A stretch of 64,000 bases of DNA from a virus. Shown here piece after piece: positions 52,651 to 62,294 of the stretch. The DNA is taken from positions 1 to 64,000 of IMG/VR virus record IMGVR_UViG_3300032288_003949; one strand, given 5' to 3'. Position 1 is the first letter of the stretch. Each line of letters starts with the position of its first letter. A program made the translations under genes and the position numbers. The notes below the pieces were generated by a model. The model was not told the DNA's origin. It searched no databases and saw only the letters and a program-made list of their open reading frames with translations.

Positions 52651-54375
52651 CTAGTAGTCCAGCGGGTCGCGGCTAAAGCCAGGGTCGTAGGTTTCGACGA
52701 AGCTCGCGTCTGCGGTCAGGTTCACCACATCTAGCTGGCTCGGCTCCCAGTCGTAGCGGTCTTGGAAATCGTATGTCTCGCCTTCCAGCGCGGTGTCGAC
52801 GCTCTGCTGGAATAGCCAGCACTGCAGGGCCAGCGTGTCGTAGGCTTCGGCGAAGGCATAGTCGTCTGCCCTGACGCTCTGGTATTCGACGGTATGCCCG
52901 AATGCCGTTTCGACGGTCACGCGGCTCATCGCTTGTAGCTGGTCGGTGTAGCCCTTCGGCTTCTCTGTTGGCAGCAGGTTGCGCTGTTGCCTTATCGCGT
53001 CGAATGTGGCATCTAGGATCGCGGTGCGCTTCACGCCTGCGGTTCTCATGTCTGGCTTCGGGTCGAATACCGTCTGGCTGCGGCTGGTGATGAAGTGGGC
53101 GAGGTAGACGCGGCCAGGGAATCGTTCAGCGAATGCTCGGCTCAGGCGTTCTTCGGGGGCGTGGTCGATGCATGCCATGTTCACGCCATACCGCTGCATT
53201 AGCTCTACGAGCATCCCGAAATCGTCCACTTCGCCGATCCACAGGGCCCGCTTGCGGGGTAGCCCTTCGGTCGGCAGGGTGTAGGCGCTTATGCGGACAT
53301 TCAGGGCCCTTACGCTTGCGACATCCACGCCCATCGTCACCAGATCGCACTGCGGCACTTCCATGGCTTCCAGCGGTATGTCGTCGCGGCTGGCTGCGGC
53401 GATGGCTTCATCGCTTAGGCGGTTATCGTCCGGCGCATAGGCTTCCGCGAGGTCTTTGTTGTAGTGGACGGTGATCTCGTTCGGGTTCGTCTTGTTGTGG
53501 GCTTCGATGATCGGTCGCAGGTCTAGGTTCGGGACCACTAGGCGTGGGATGTGGTAGCCCCGTATGTCTCGGTCGGTGTGTTCGGCTACCCATTCGCCCT
53601 TCGCGGGGTTCAGCACCTTGTGGCACTTGGCGCAGACCAGCTCGGCGGTGTCGGTGTCGACATTGGCGGTGTAGGACAGCGTCTGGTGGTCGCCGCAGCC
53701 TTCGCATTTCACCATCCATTGGCGCTGGTCGCTTCGCTCATACAGCGCGTCAATACCGAATCCTGGAATGCTGGGGACGCCTACCCGTCGGATGAGCCCG
53801 TTCTGCGAGCCCGATATTCGGCGTTCAGCGTCGGGGATATTCTCCTGCCGCAGCGTGTCATATTCGTCGAGGCATAGGACATCCGCGTCGACCGCGTCCA
53901 GATCGTCTTTCGATTCGCTTCCACGGGCGTAAAGCCAGCCGAGCCCGATCTGTTTCAGGCCTTTGTTGTTCACATAGCCCTGCGGGATCCGCTCACGGAG
54001 GTAGGGCGAGCCCATGATGGCGGCCTTTATCCGTGCGTCGGCGAAGTCATACATCTGCTGGCGCTTCGGGAAGATATACAAGGCGTTCTTCCTGCCCGTG
54101 TCAGCGTGGTAGAGGGCCCATCTCAGGAGGTAGGTGCTCACGCCTACCTGCGTCGCCTTCTTTATCACGATCTCGCGGTCATCGGCCCCTGATTGGTCGT
54201 ATAGCTCGCGCTGGAAAGGGAATCGGTCGAAGTCCAGGGTTCCGGCCTTCGGCTCCGGCACCTGTAGGGCCCAATCGTGGAAGCTCTGCTTCTGGCCGGT
54301 CAGCTCCGCATATTTCTGCCGTAGCAGCTCGCCAAATGCGTCTGCCGGTGCCATGTTCGCTGTCGGGTCTTCCAT
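52651..54375 (-). CDS. terL: terminase large subunit (lambda GpA-like)
   Basis: KATQVGVS Walker A variant, LCLDEYD Walker B, CxxC..CxxC, MGVDV nuclease motif. Confidence 0.92.
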   Translation of the reverse strand: MEDPTANMAPADAFGELLRQKYAELTGQKQSFHDWALQVPEPKAGTLDFDRFPFQRELYDQSGADDREIVIKKATQVGVSTYLLRWALYHADTGRKNALYIFPKRQQMYDFADARIKAAIMGSPYLRERIPQGYVNNKGLKQIGLGWLYARGSESKDDLDAVDADVLCLDEYDTLRQENIPDAERRISGSQNGLIRRVGVPSIPGFGIDALYERSDQRQWMVKCEGCGDHQTLSYTANVDTDTAELVCAKCHKVLNPAKGEWVAEHTDRDIRGYHIPRLVVPNLDLRPIIEAHNKTNPNEITVHYNKDLAEAYAPDDNRLSDEAIAAASRDDIPLEAMEVPQCDLVTMGVDVASVRALNVRISAYTLPTEGLPRKRALWIGEVDDFGMLVELMQRYGVNMACIDHAPEERLSRAFAERFPGRVYLAHFITSRSQTVFDPKPDMRTAGVKRTAILDATFDAIRQQRNLLPTEKPKGYTDQLQAMSRVTVETAFGHTVEYQSVRADDYAFAEAYDTLALQCWLFQQSVDTALEGETYDFQDRYDWEPSQLDVVNLTADASFVETYDPGFSRDPLDY

Positions 54376-54610
54376 CTCTACCTACCGTATCGGTCAAGCG
54401 CTCGGCGAAGGGCGTTAACAGGTGCCACTACGGGGCTCTCAGCGGCGTTCTGGCGGCCTTCGGTGGCCGTTCTGCTATGGACACGCCTAGCGTTCCTGAC
54501 GGGCGCGGTTTCGCGGTATGTGGCGACGCGCTTCTGGCGCTGTCGGCGGGCTCTGATCCGGCGCAACATGTCGTCATCGTAGCGGCGGTTCCCAGGATAT
54601 CGGGAGGATA

Positions 54611-55198
54611 TCAGCGAGGATATCCACGCCTACGGGCCGACATAGCTGCGATAAGACCACGACATAGTCGGCGAAGGGCCCGCATGAGTCTTCTCCCAGG
54701 GCTCGGTTCAGCGGGCTCATAGCCGATAGCCGCAGCGGTCACGCCTGTGTTCCATGATTGCACCTTCGGCATATCGGGCAAGAGTCGGCGGTAGAGCGCG
54801 TCATAGTCTTTATTGGGCTCGGCCAAGCGCTCGTCATTCTCCTGCCAGAGCCGGTCAAGAGTCTCACGATCTTCCCGTTCTTCACGCCTGTCGGGGTCAT
54901 TTGCCTTGTGCCAGCTGTCAAACAGGTCGCCAAGAGCTTCCAGCTTCCGTTCAAGGCGGTGCCAAGAGTCGTCATAGTCGGCTGTTAGGGCGGTGATAGA
55001 GCTGGCGCAAGCGATACGGATCCGCCCTTTCAGCACATCTTCGTCGGGCTCTACGACAATCCCACGATAGTCGGGCCAGTCTAGGCGTGAATGGTCGGCA
55101 GGGTTCAGCAGGATAGCGGTGGGCTCGTCACCACAGAGCTGTTCGTGCCGGTCAAGAGCTCGCTGGATAGCTTCAAGATAGGACGCTTCTGTGCTCAT
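54611..55198 (-). CDS. hypothetical protein
   Basis: ATGA overlap with upstream ORF. Confidence 0.55.
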   Translation of the reverse strand: MSTEASYLEAIQRALDRHEQLCGDEPTAILLNPADHSRLDWPDYRGIVVEPDEDVLKGRIRIACASSITALTADYDDSWHRLERKLEALGDLFDSWHKANDPDRREEREDRETLDRLWQENDERLAEPNKDYDALYRRLLPDMPKVQSWNTGVTAAAIGYEPAEPSPGRRLMRALRRLCRGLIAAMSARRRGYPR

Positions 55199-55383
55199 AT
55201 CTTTTCTAGTTTCACGCCTAGACCGGCGGCATTGGGCTGATCAAGGGGCCCAGATAGCCGGTAGCTGCCGTTCTCAGTGCTCACGATGAGCTCCCAGGAG
55301 TCTTCGGTGAGTGCAGCGCGGGTGATCACGCCCGAGCTCAGCTCTTTCCAGTGCTGCAGCAGCGCCTTTCCCTGGGACTTCAT
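55195..55383 (-). CDS. hypothetical protein
   Basis: 62-aa ORF. Confidence 0.5.
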   Translation of the reverse strand: MKSQGKALLQHWKELSSGVITRAALTEDSWELIVSTENGSYRLSGPLDQPNAAGLGVKLEKI

Positions 55384-55514
55384 CGCAACACCTGGCGCAA
55401 ACCTGGGACAACCTGGCTCAACCGGCTCAAACTCTTCATACCGGCGTGATAAACGGCGATACCCTGTCGATACCAGCTCTTACCCTGTCGATAACTGTCG
55501 TCCGGCACGACCAT

Positions 55515-55961
55515 TTAGGGCTTACGGGCCTGACATAGCGGGTTATTCTTGTTCCGGATCTCAGCTGCCGCAGCTTCTTGCTCAAAGGGGCTCTCGTCGT
55601 AGCCGTCAGGCTTGCGGGTTTCACGCCTAGAGGTGCTCAGGCTTTCGCTCAGCGACGCTTCATAGGCATCGCAGAACAGGGCCCCAGACCTGTAGCGTTC
55701 CCGCTGGAGAGCGTGGGTCAGCTCATGCCACAGCGTCTTACCCGCGTCTTCCGTGCTCAGGTAGGTGCTCATGGATATCTGATGGGCGCGAGTTGGGCTG
55801 CGGCGCTGGAAGCACAGGCCCAGATACTGGCCACTGGTGCGCTTCTGTGCGGTGATGCGGATCTTCACGGGGTGTTTTAGCCCCATGGCCTTACATGCGC
55901 GTGACAGGGCTTCACGGTCGATGTCCCATGCCCGCTTGTGTTTCTTCTTAGGCCCCGTCAT
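55515..55961 (-). CDS. zincin-like metallopeptidase (HExxH)
   Basis: TLWHELTHALQ...Y..SPFEQEA. Confidence 0.75.
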   Translation of the reverse strand: MTGPKKKHKRAWDIDREALSRACKAMGLKHPVKIRITAQKRTSGQYLGLCFQRRSPTRAHQISMSTYLSTEDAGKTLWHELTHALQRERYRSGALFCDAYEASLSESLSTSRRETRKPDGYDESPFEQEAAAAEIRNKNNPLCQARKP

Positions 55962-56235
55962 GGTCGTGACCACGCGAGCGGTAGTAGTTTTTGTTCCAGA
56001 GATACGGGGTTTCCCACGGCGACCGGCTGTCACGCCGGTAGCGCACGACCGTGCCGGTCAGCAGGCGCTCATGGCCGCAGCGACAGATCGCATGAGCGTC
56101 GCCCAGCTCCGTGATGGACAGCTTCCATTCGTGCCGGTGCGCGTCAGTGGTCAAACCGCTTCCCCCCCAAAAAGGGACGGGACACAAGCATACCACATTG
56201 AGCGACAGAATGTAGCGCGGCCTGCATGTTCCCGT

Positions 56236-56913
56236 TCACTCCCCTTCCCGACCGAGATCGACCGCGTCGCGGTCTTCCACGACTTCGGCTTCCACCACTT
56301 CTCCGGCGGGGAGTTCTTCGGCGGTGCCTGCCAGCACCTTGTCGGCCTGCCCTGCCGCCGCTGCCAGCACTCTGATGAGTTCGGGGGTCAGCATGTTCTC
56401 CCGCTCTAGGGCTTCGTAGATCTGGCGGCTCAGGTTCTGTTGGCTCACATGGACATTGAGCTCTTGCGCTTCTTGGGGCAGCACTCCTGCCTGCTGTAGC
56501 CACTTGCCCTTCTGTATCAGCGCGTTTATGCGACCGAGCACTGCCGAGACTCGGACGCTTCCCTTCTCCCTTGCGGCGACGGCTGCGATCTCGGAGATGC
56601 CAGCGTCGATCTGGGCAGCGATGTCTTCGATGACTTCGACGGGATCCAGCTCGCTGATGCGGGTGCCTTGGTCACGCATGCCCTTGACGATGCGGGTGAC
56701 GGTGTCGGGGGTCAGGCCGTAGGTCTGGGCTAGGTCGTAGCGGTCGATGCCCCGCAGGTGCGCTCGGTAGATTTCGATGTCCCGCTGGACATGCTCGTAT
56801 CTGTCTCCGCCCTTCGCGCCCTTGTCGCTCGGCCCCAGGTCTGCGATTACATCGGCGGTGTCCTTCTCCCGCTGTGCCTTCGTTCTCGGCTTCCCTGTCG
56901 GCGGCTTTTCCAT
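56236..56913 (-). CDS. HTH protein, candidate terminase small subunit
   Basis: RDIEIY..HLRG....LA..YGL...TV.RI HTH plus helical body; upstream of TerL. Confidence 0.6.
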   Translation of the reverse strand: MEKPPTGKPRTKAQREKDTADVIADLGPSDKGAKGGDRYEHVQRDIEIYRAHLRGIDRYDLAQTYGLTPDTVTRIVKGMRDQGTRISELDPVEVIEDIAAQIDAGISEIAAVAAREKGSVRVSAVLGRINALIQKGKWLQQAGVLPQEAQELNVHVSQQNLSRQIYEALERENMLTPELIRVLAAAAGQADKVLAGTAEELPAGEVVEAEVVEDRDAVDLGREGE

Positions 56914-56950
56914 GCCATCAGTCTGACATCGGTTCCGGCGTTTCGGCGTT

Positions 56951-57376
56951 CTAGTTTTTCTCCCTGACCGTCCAGTGGCTCCCGTCGGCTATCCGCCCGA
57001 TGGTGCGCGGTGAGACATTGAACACTTCCGCCACCTTTCGCTTGCTCATTCCCTTTGCGATGGCTCTCTGAGCGCGTTTGCCCATCATCGGTGTCAGTCG
57101 GCTGTGGCCGTTCAGGTAGCTCTGCTCGGCTCGGTCGACTGGTCGGTGGTGTCTCGGTCGGACGCACAGTTGGGTGCCGCAGTCCTTGTGGAGTATCTGC
57201 CCTTCTGGGACCTTGCCGTTCTCCTGCTCCCACGCATACCGTGCGGCGGTGGTGTTGCTCGTAGCGGTTCGTCGAATGGGGACTCCGTTTCCATCAGTGT
57301 GGCCTGTCCAGATCCAGCAGCCGCAGGCTTCGGCGTTGTAGCCGTCCTGCTCGGTTGTGGCTGGTCGGTGTGGCAT
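56951..57376 (-). CDS. HNH-endonuclease-like protein (degenerate) with C-terminal HTH
   Basis: GCWIWTG, ILHKDCGTQLCVRPRH; the usual terminal Asn is not evident. Confidence 0.7.
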   Translation of the reverse strand: MPHRPATTEQDGYNAEACGCWIWTGHTDGNGVPIRRTATSNTTAARYAWEQENGKVPEGQILHKDCGTQLCVRPRHHRPVDRAEQSYLNGHSRLTPMMGKRAQRAIAKGMSKRKVAEVFNVSPRTIGRIADGSHWTVREKN

Positions 57377-57708
57377 GTGGGGCGTATGGTAGCCTGCGTG
57401 TCGCCTTCCCTGTTGTTTCTCCTTGGAGTGGGAAGGTGGATTGCCGACTTATGGCTCCGTTCCCCTTTTCTTTCGGCTTGGGGTTCGGGGCCATTTGTCG
57501 TCCATGAGGTTGCTCGGCGGTTTTGGTCGACAGTTTCCATGCGGTTCTGTCCCTTGTTCGGGGTAGCGTTCATGGTCGATGGACGCTGTTCGATCTCATG
57601 TCTTCATGTCGGCTTCGGCGGCGCTCGGTGTGCTGGAGCGGGTGCTGCGCTCGGCGAGCGCTCCCGATCTGGCTATGCGGGTTGCGTGGATGCAGCAGGA
57701 GCTTCGGG

Positions 57709-57996
57709 CTATTCAGGCCGAGCTCGGTTCCCCTTCGCGTAATCTTTCCAGCGACCAGCAGTAGCGGCGTTCTTTCGGGCGGTGCTGGTGTCCACGCCTA
57801 GCTGATCTCCCCACTTGGCAGCGAGGCTGAACACGGCTTCGATGGCTTCCATCTCGGCAGCGAGCCGTGCCATGTGCCTGCGGCGGCGGTAGCCGAGCCG
57901 TGCGCGGTCGGCCTTCCACAGTGTCTTCGTGACTCGGAGGCTGAGGCGCGTGGCGCATCCGGTCAGTCGGGCGTAGTGGGCGTATGTGATTTCCAT
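57709..57996 (-). CDS. hypothetical protein
   Basis: SD AAGGAG. Confidence 0.55.
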   Translation of the reverse strand: MEITYAHYARLTGCATRLSLRVTKTLWKADRARLGYRRRRHMARLAAEMEAIEAVFSLAAKWGDQLGVDTSTARKNAATAGRWKDYAKGNRARPE

Positions 57997-58141
57997 GTGA
58001 TTGCTCCTTCTCGGTCGGGTTTCTGTCGCTCTGTCCTATTAAGAAGGTCGCTTGTGGTCGACTTTGTCACCTTCGATTTCGGTGGCTTTTGTCGGCTGGA
58101 TCTGCTACGCTTGTTAGCGCAATCCGACGAGGAGGTATCTG

Positions 58142-58513
58142 ATGGCTACTGTTCAGGAGAGGCACAACCGCGAGACTGGCTCGCTGGTCACGGTGGAGCG
58201 GGTATCGGCTGGCTCGGACCAGCGTCCCTTCTACACCTGCACCTGCGAGCACGACCACGGCGCTCGCCACTGCGACACGCTGGCCGAGGCTCGGTTCATG
58301 GCGGCTCGCCCGTCCCAGTGGTGTGCCGACTGCGAGGCCGAGGTTCGCCACGCGGTTGAGATGGCGCTGTGGAACGAGTTCGATCTCACGCCCGACGACC
58401 CGTCTGGCCGGATGTTCGGCGGCAGGCCGCTCGGCGATCTCAATCTCTGGGATCTGGAGCGGTCGCTCCGTGCGGCTCGCGCTCGGCGTGAGCGTGACCG
58501 CGTGGCTGCCTGA
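58142..58513 (+). CDS. hypothetical Zn-binding protein
   Basis: C..H..P.QWC..C; promoter and SD GGAGG. Confidence 0.65.
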   Translation: MATVQERHNRETGSLVTVERVSAGSDQRPFYTCTCEHDHGARHCDTLAEARFMAARPSQWCADCEAEVRHAVEMALWNEFDLTPDDPSGRMFGGRPLGDLNLWDLERSLRAARARRERDRVAA

Positions 58514-58609
58514 GCTTCGCTTGCATCTCTGTTTCGGCGGCGCGTCCTTCGGGGCGCGTTTGTCGTTTGCAGGGTTTTTCCGTCCGGCGGGCGGTTCAGG
58601 CTTCCATCT

Positions 58610-59857
58610 GTGGCTGGCAAACCGAAGTACGACTATCCAGACCGTGACGAGCTTGTGCGCCTTCTGCGCGAGCTTGGCGGTCAGTATCAGGTCGCTCAGG
58701 CTCTTGGGATCCCGCGTCCCACGCTGCAGCACCACCTGACGAAGCTCGGCATCCAGCGCGACGAGTATCTGCCTGCCAAGACTCTGGTCGCCAAGGTGCC
58801 TGATGGTGCCAGCGGCGATGCCGAGGTTTCGCGTGAGGAGATCCTGGAGCAGCGCGTCAAGGAGCTGGAGTCGCAGGTTCGGCGCGACCGCAAGGTCGAG
58901 GTCATGGACGAGCGTATTGCTCAGGCGATTGAGGCTTCGGCGGCTGTTTCCCTGCCGGTCTACAATGCAGCGCGGCCTACTCGTCGGGCGGCGACCAAGC
59001 GGTCGAAGGCTGCCGAGCATGAGTTTGTCTTGCTCTGGTCGGACACGCATGCTGGCGAGGTCGTCAGCGCGGAGGAGACCAATGGCCTGAACCGCTACAA
59101 CTGGGACATCATGTGGAAGCGGCAGGAGCGGATGCGCGAGGCGGTGCTGTCTTACCGCGAGAACCGTCCGTATCAGGTCGACCGTCTTCATGTTCTCGCG
59201 CTCGGTGACATGCTGTCTGGCAACATCCACGACGAGCTTGAGGCGACCAACGAGATGCCGTTCGCTCAGGCGACCATCGACTTCGCTGTGGAGGGCGCGT
59301 CTTGGCTGGCCAGCTTCGGCGAGTCTTTCGACTCCATCCGCTTCTCCGGCGTTGTCGGCAACCATCCACGCGCCCATCGTAAGCCACGCGCCAAGCACTC
59401 GTTCGACAACGGCGACTGGCTGGTCTACTCGGCGATGAAGCAGCTTCTCGCGGGCAACGATCAGGTGGTGTTCGATGTGCCTAAGTCTTCGCAGCACCTT
59501 GTGGAGGTCTGCGGTCGGCAGATTCTCCTGTTCCACGGCGACTCGGTGCGTTCCAGCATGCCAGGAGTCCCTTGGGGCGGCGTGATGCGGCGGGTGAACT
59601 CGCTGAATGCGACCTATGGTGCCGATGGCCGTCCTATCGACATGTTCACTTGTGGCCACTTCCATTCGGCTGCGTTCGTGCAGTCCGATGCGGGCCAGAT
59701 CGTGATGAATGGCTCGGTGAAGGGCGTTGACGAGTATTCGCTGAAGGCGTTCGGCGGCGGGCGACCGCCCCAGCAGCTTCTTCTCACCTTCCATCCACGC
59801 TATGGTCTGACCGATATGTCGCTCCTTGACCTTGACGACCCTGCCGACTCCGCATGA
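58610..59857 (+). CDS. HTH plus calcineurin-like metallophosphoesterase
   Basis: SDTHAGE, LGDM, GNH, FHGD, GHFH motifs. Confidence 0.88.
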   Translation: MAGKPKYDYPDRDELVRLLRELGGQYQVAQALGIPRPTLQHHLTKLGIQRDEYLPAKTLVAKVPDGASGDAEVSREEILEQRVKELESQVRRDRKVEVMDERIAQAIEASAAVSLPVYNAARPTRRAATKRSKAAEHEFVLLWSDTHAGEVVSAEETNGLNRYNWDIMWKRQERMREAVLSYRENRPYQVDRLHVLALGDMLSGNIHDELEATNEMPFAQATIDFAVEGASWLASFGESFDSIRFSGVVGNHPRAHRKPRAKHSFDNGDWLVYSAMKQLLAGNDQVVFDVPKSSQHLVEVCGRQILLFHGDSVRSSMPGVPWGGVMRRVNSLNATYGADGRPIDMFTCGHFHSAAFVQSDAGQIVMNGSVKGVDEYSLKAFGGGRPPQQLLLTFHPRYGLTDMSLLDLDDPADSA

Positions 59858-60276
59858 CTCAGCGCAACCGCGACTGGGAGGGCCAGTTTCTCGATCACGC
59901 TGCGCGAGCTGCGGGGCTGTCCGGCGCTCCAGCGGAGCAGTTTCGCGAGCGCGTCTGGGCTCGGATGGACAAGGGGGCGGCTGATGACGGCTCCGACGAC
60001 GGTTTCTGGCGGCGCGGCTTTGAGCGCGTGGTCGATGAGGGTCGGGTTGAGGCTGAGGACATCGCTGCCTACTGTCTCGGTGCGGCTCAGGTCATCGCTG
60101 CTGCCGATGTGGACGACGAGGTGATTCACACGATTCGGCTCCACTTGCAGGAGGCTGTCTCCGCTTCGCTTCGCGCATGGTCGCATCTGGATGTGGCAGT
60201 GGGGCTGTTCGAAGACTCCCGCGCTGGTCGGCGTGTGGCTATCCCGCGACCGAGGGCGATCTCCGATGGTGCCTAA
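59854..60276 (+). CDS. hypothetical protein, possibly all-alpha NTP pyrophosphatase-like
   Basis: RMDKGA..DG...E..EAEDIAAY pattern; ATGA overlap. Confidence 0.45.
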   Translation: MTQRNRDWEGQFLDHAARAAGLSGAPAEQFRERVWARMDKGAADDGSDDGFWRRGFERVVDEGRVEAEDIAAYCLGAAQVIAAADVDDEVIHTIRLHLQEAVSASLRAWSHLDVAVGLFEDSRAGRRVAIPRPRAISDGA

Positions 60277-60487
60277 GCCAGCGTCGGCTGTCGATCAGGG
60301 CATGCGCGATGTGGCTATCTCGGCTGGTATCGCCATCGACCACGCGGCTGTGGCGCTTCAGTATGCGGAGGAAACTTGGCGTGACAACCAGCGCGAGGCC
60401 GCGTTGGAGAAGGCCATGGCGCTCCTTGAGCAGGCGTTGGCCGATCTGCGTGAAGCCCGCGACGCGCTAGACGCGGCGCTCAGGTAG
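60266..60487 (+). CDS. hypothetical helical protein
   Basis: coupled ORF. Confidence 0.5.
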   Translation: MVPKPASAVDQGMRDVAISAGIAIDHAAVALQYAEETWRDNQREAALEKAMALLEQALADLREARDALDAALR

Positions 60488-60694
60488 CTTCATCCATCCG
60501 CGTTCCACGGCGGCAGCGATGGCTGTCTCCAGCCGTGACATCGGCCATCCGAGGTCGGCTGCGACGGCGGCTCGGTTGGATGGGCGGTTGCGGTGCTGTG
60601 CTACCAGCGTGGCAGCGAGCAAGCGGCGGATGTCCGGCTCGCTTTCGTCGTGCCTGAGTTCTTCCAGCTTGGCGAGCTTCTCGTCGTCGGTCAT
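60467..60694 (-). CDS. small HTH-like protein
   Basis: PSNRAAVAADLGWPMSRL..GW. Confidence 0.5.
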   Translation of the reverse strand: MTDDEKLAKLEELRHDESEPDIRRLLAATLVAQHRNRPSNRAAVAADLGWPMSRLETAIAAAVERGWMKLPERRV

Positions 60695-61311
60695 GCGTCG
60701 TGGACCGCTTCGAATATCCGTTGCGCTTGGTCTTCTTCGTCTTCGCTCTTTAGTAGCTCACGGATCCGCAGCGCCTGTTGCGGGGTAGCGACCACGGTGA
60801 TCGGGACACCTTGCTCTTTGGGCTCTGGCGGTGTGGTATCGACCTTCGGCGCTGGTGGCTCTAGGAAGTCTCCGAGGTCTAGGTAGTCGCGTAGCTCGCT
60901 GGCATCCATGCTCAGGCGCTTGCTCATCTCTTTGCGGTCGACGCGCTGCGCGAGGTCGGCAAGCAGGTGCGCGAGCTTTATCGGGACGAATTGCCCACGG
61001 AGCCGGTTCATCGTAATCATGCGAATCTGCGCGTCGGTTTCGCCCGAGTCGTCGATCACGCATGGCACGGTTTCGGCTCCGAGTTCGCCGAGCGTGAGCC
61101 AGCGGTGTTCTCCGTCGATGATCCTGTAGCGGATGGCGGGCCGGTCTTCTGTCTCGGCGACTGGCCGGACGAGTATCGGCTGGACGAAGCCCCGTTTCGT
61201 GATGTCTTCGCGCAGCGCTCCGAGGGTGCGGTCGTCCATTTCGTTCGGGTTCTCTGGATCCGGCTCTATGTGGTGAATCGGTATGTCGGTGACTTGTATC
61301 TTGGCTTTCAC
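60691..61311 (-). CDS. ParB/Srx N-terminal domain protein
   Basis: NPN, GFVQPILVR, YRIIDGEHRW, MNRLRG; GTGA overlap with the MTase stop. Confidence 0.88.
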   Translation of the reverse strand: MKAKIQVTDIPIHHIEPDPENPNEMDDRTLGALREDITKRGFVQPILVRPVAETEDRPAIRYRIIDGEHRWLTLGELGAETVPCVIDDSGETDAQIRMITMNRLRGQFVPIKLAHLLADLAQRVDRKEMSKRLSMDASELRDYLDLGDFLEPPAPKVDTTPPEPKEQGVPITVVATPQQALRIRELLKSEDEEDQAQRIFEAVHDA

Positions 61312-62294
61312 TTCGCTCCCATTAGCAGCAGTTCGTCGCCATCGGGGTCGTGTTCGGTCTTCAGGGCGCTCAGGTGTTTGTGGTCTAGCGACTTCCAAGC
61401 GGGTTCGCGTCCTGCGTCGCGCATCATATCGCTGATCGCTTCGGGGTCGGCTCCGCGTCCCATGCTGATGACCACCAGCGGTATGTTGTCGGCGGCGGTG
61501 AAGGCATCCTGCAGCAGCTTCCATCCATCTTCGGCTGACCAGTCGCTGGGCTCGGCGGGGTATTCGGGGTCTAGCAGGTGATTCACGCCCGCGTAGACCT
61601 GCTCGTAGGCCAAGGTGCCAGGGTATGGCGGGTCTAGGTAGGCGATGTCAGCGTCGACATTGGCGAGAAATTCGACCGCGTCGCCCTGATACATGCGGTT
61701 GTCGAGTCCGTTGTCGAATACTCCGGCGTTCAGCGTGTCGGCTGCCTTGACTGCCATCGCCAGCGGCTTGCCTGTTCGCAGCAGTTGCGTTGCCTGCCCA
61801 GGAGTTAGCTCGTCCCACTCCCGTCGTCCGGCTGCCATCGTCGGTATTCCCCAAGAGGACATGCTCAGCGCGAGCCGTGCGATCCACGCTCGGAGGAGCC
61901 AGCGAGTCATTTCCTGCGCTTCCCTTTCGGCGGCGACTATGGTGGCCAGCACCTGTCGGCATTCGGTCGGGATGCTCAGTTCTTTTTCGTCGGGCATGTC
62001 TTCGATGGGTTCATGCTCCAGCGCGGTGGTGATCTGTGCGGCACTCAGCGTGATTCGCTTGTTTTCGATCAGCGCCTTGCCTGTGGCGACCGAGATCGGC
62101 CCCATGTCGTTGCCTATCACTCGGTATCCCAGCGCCTTGCCTGCCATGCTTACGGCTGCTCCGCCCATGAAGGCATCGGCGAGCGTGGCTCCTGGAGCTA
62201 CTCCGTAGTCGTCGGCTATCACGCGCATTATCTGGCGGGCGATCTGCCGCTTGCCGCCGAGGTATGGCGGGACTGCTCCGAGGTATCGCTTCAC
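61308..62294 (-). CDS. DNA N6-adenine methyltransferase (Dam/D12 class)
   Basis: PYLGGK, DAFMGGAAVS, YLDPPY. Confidence 0.9.
   Translation of the reverse strand: MKRYLGAVPPYLGGKRQIARQIMRVIADDYGVAPGATLADAFMGGAAVSMAGKALGYRVIGNDMGPISVATGKALIENKRITLSAAQITTALEHEPIEDMPDEKELSIPTECRQVLATIVAAEREAQEMTRWLLRAWIARLALSMSSWGIPTMAAGRREWDELTPGQATQLLRTGKPLAMAVKAADTLNAGVFDNGLDNRMYQGDAVEFLANVDADIAYLDPPYPGTLAYEQVYAGVNHLLDPEYPAEPSDWSAEDGWKLLQDAFTAADNIPLVVISMGRGADPEAISDMMRDAGREPAWKSLDHKHLSALKTEHDPDGDELLLMGAK

Noticed and set aside
56951-57376. Active mobile homing endonuclease or intron
   Set aside because: The HNH motif looks degenerate, the gene is free-standing and no interrupted gene flanks it.
58067-59794. 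575-aa minus-strand ORF
   Set aside because: Antisense shadow of the motif-bearing phosphoesterase; typical of GC-rich DNA.
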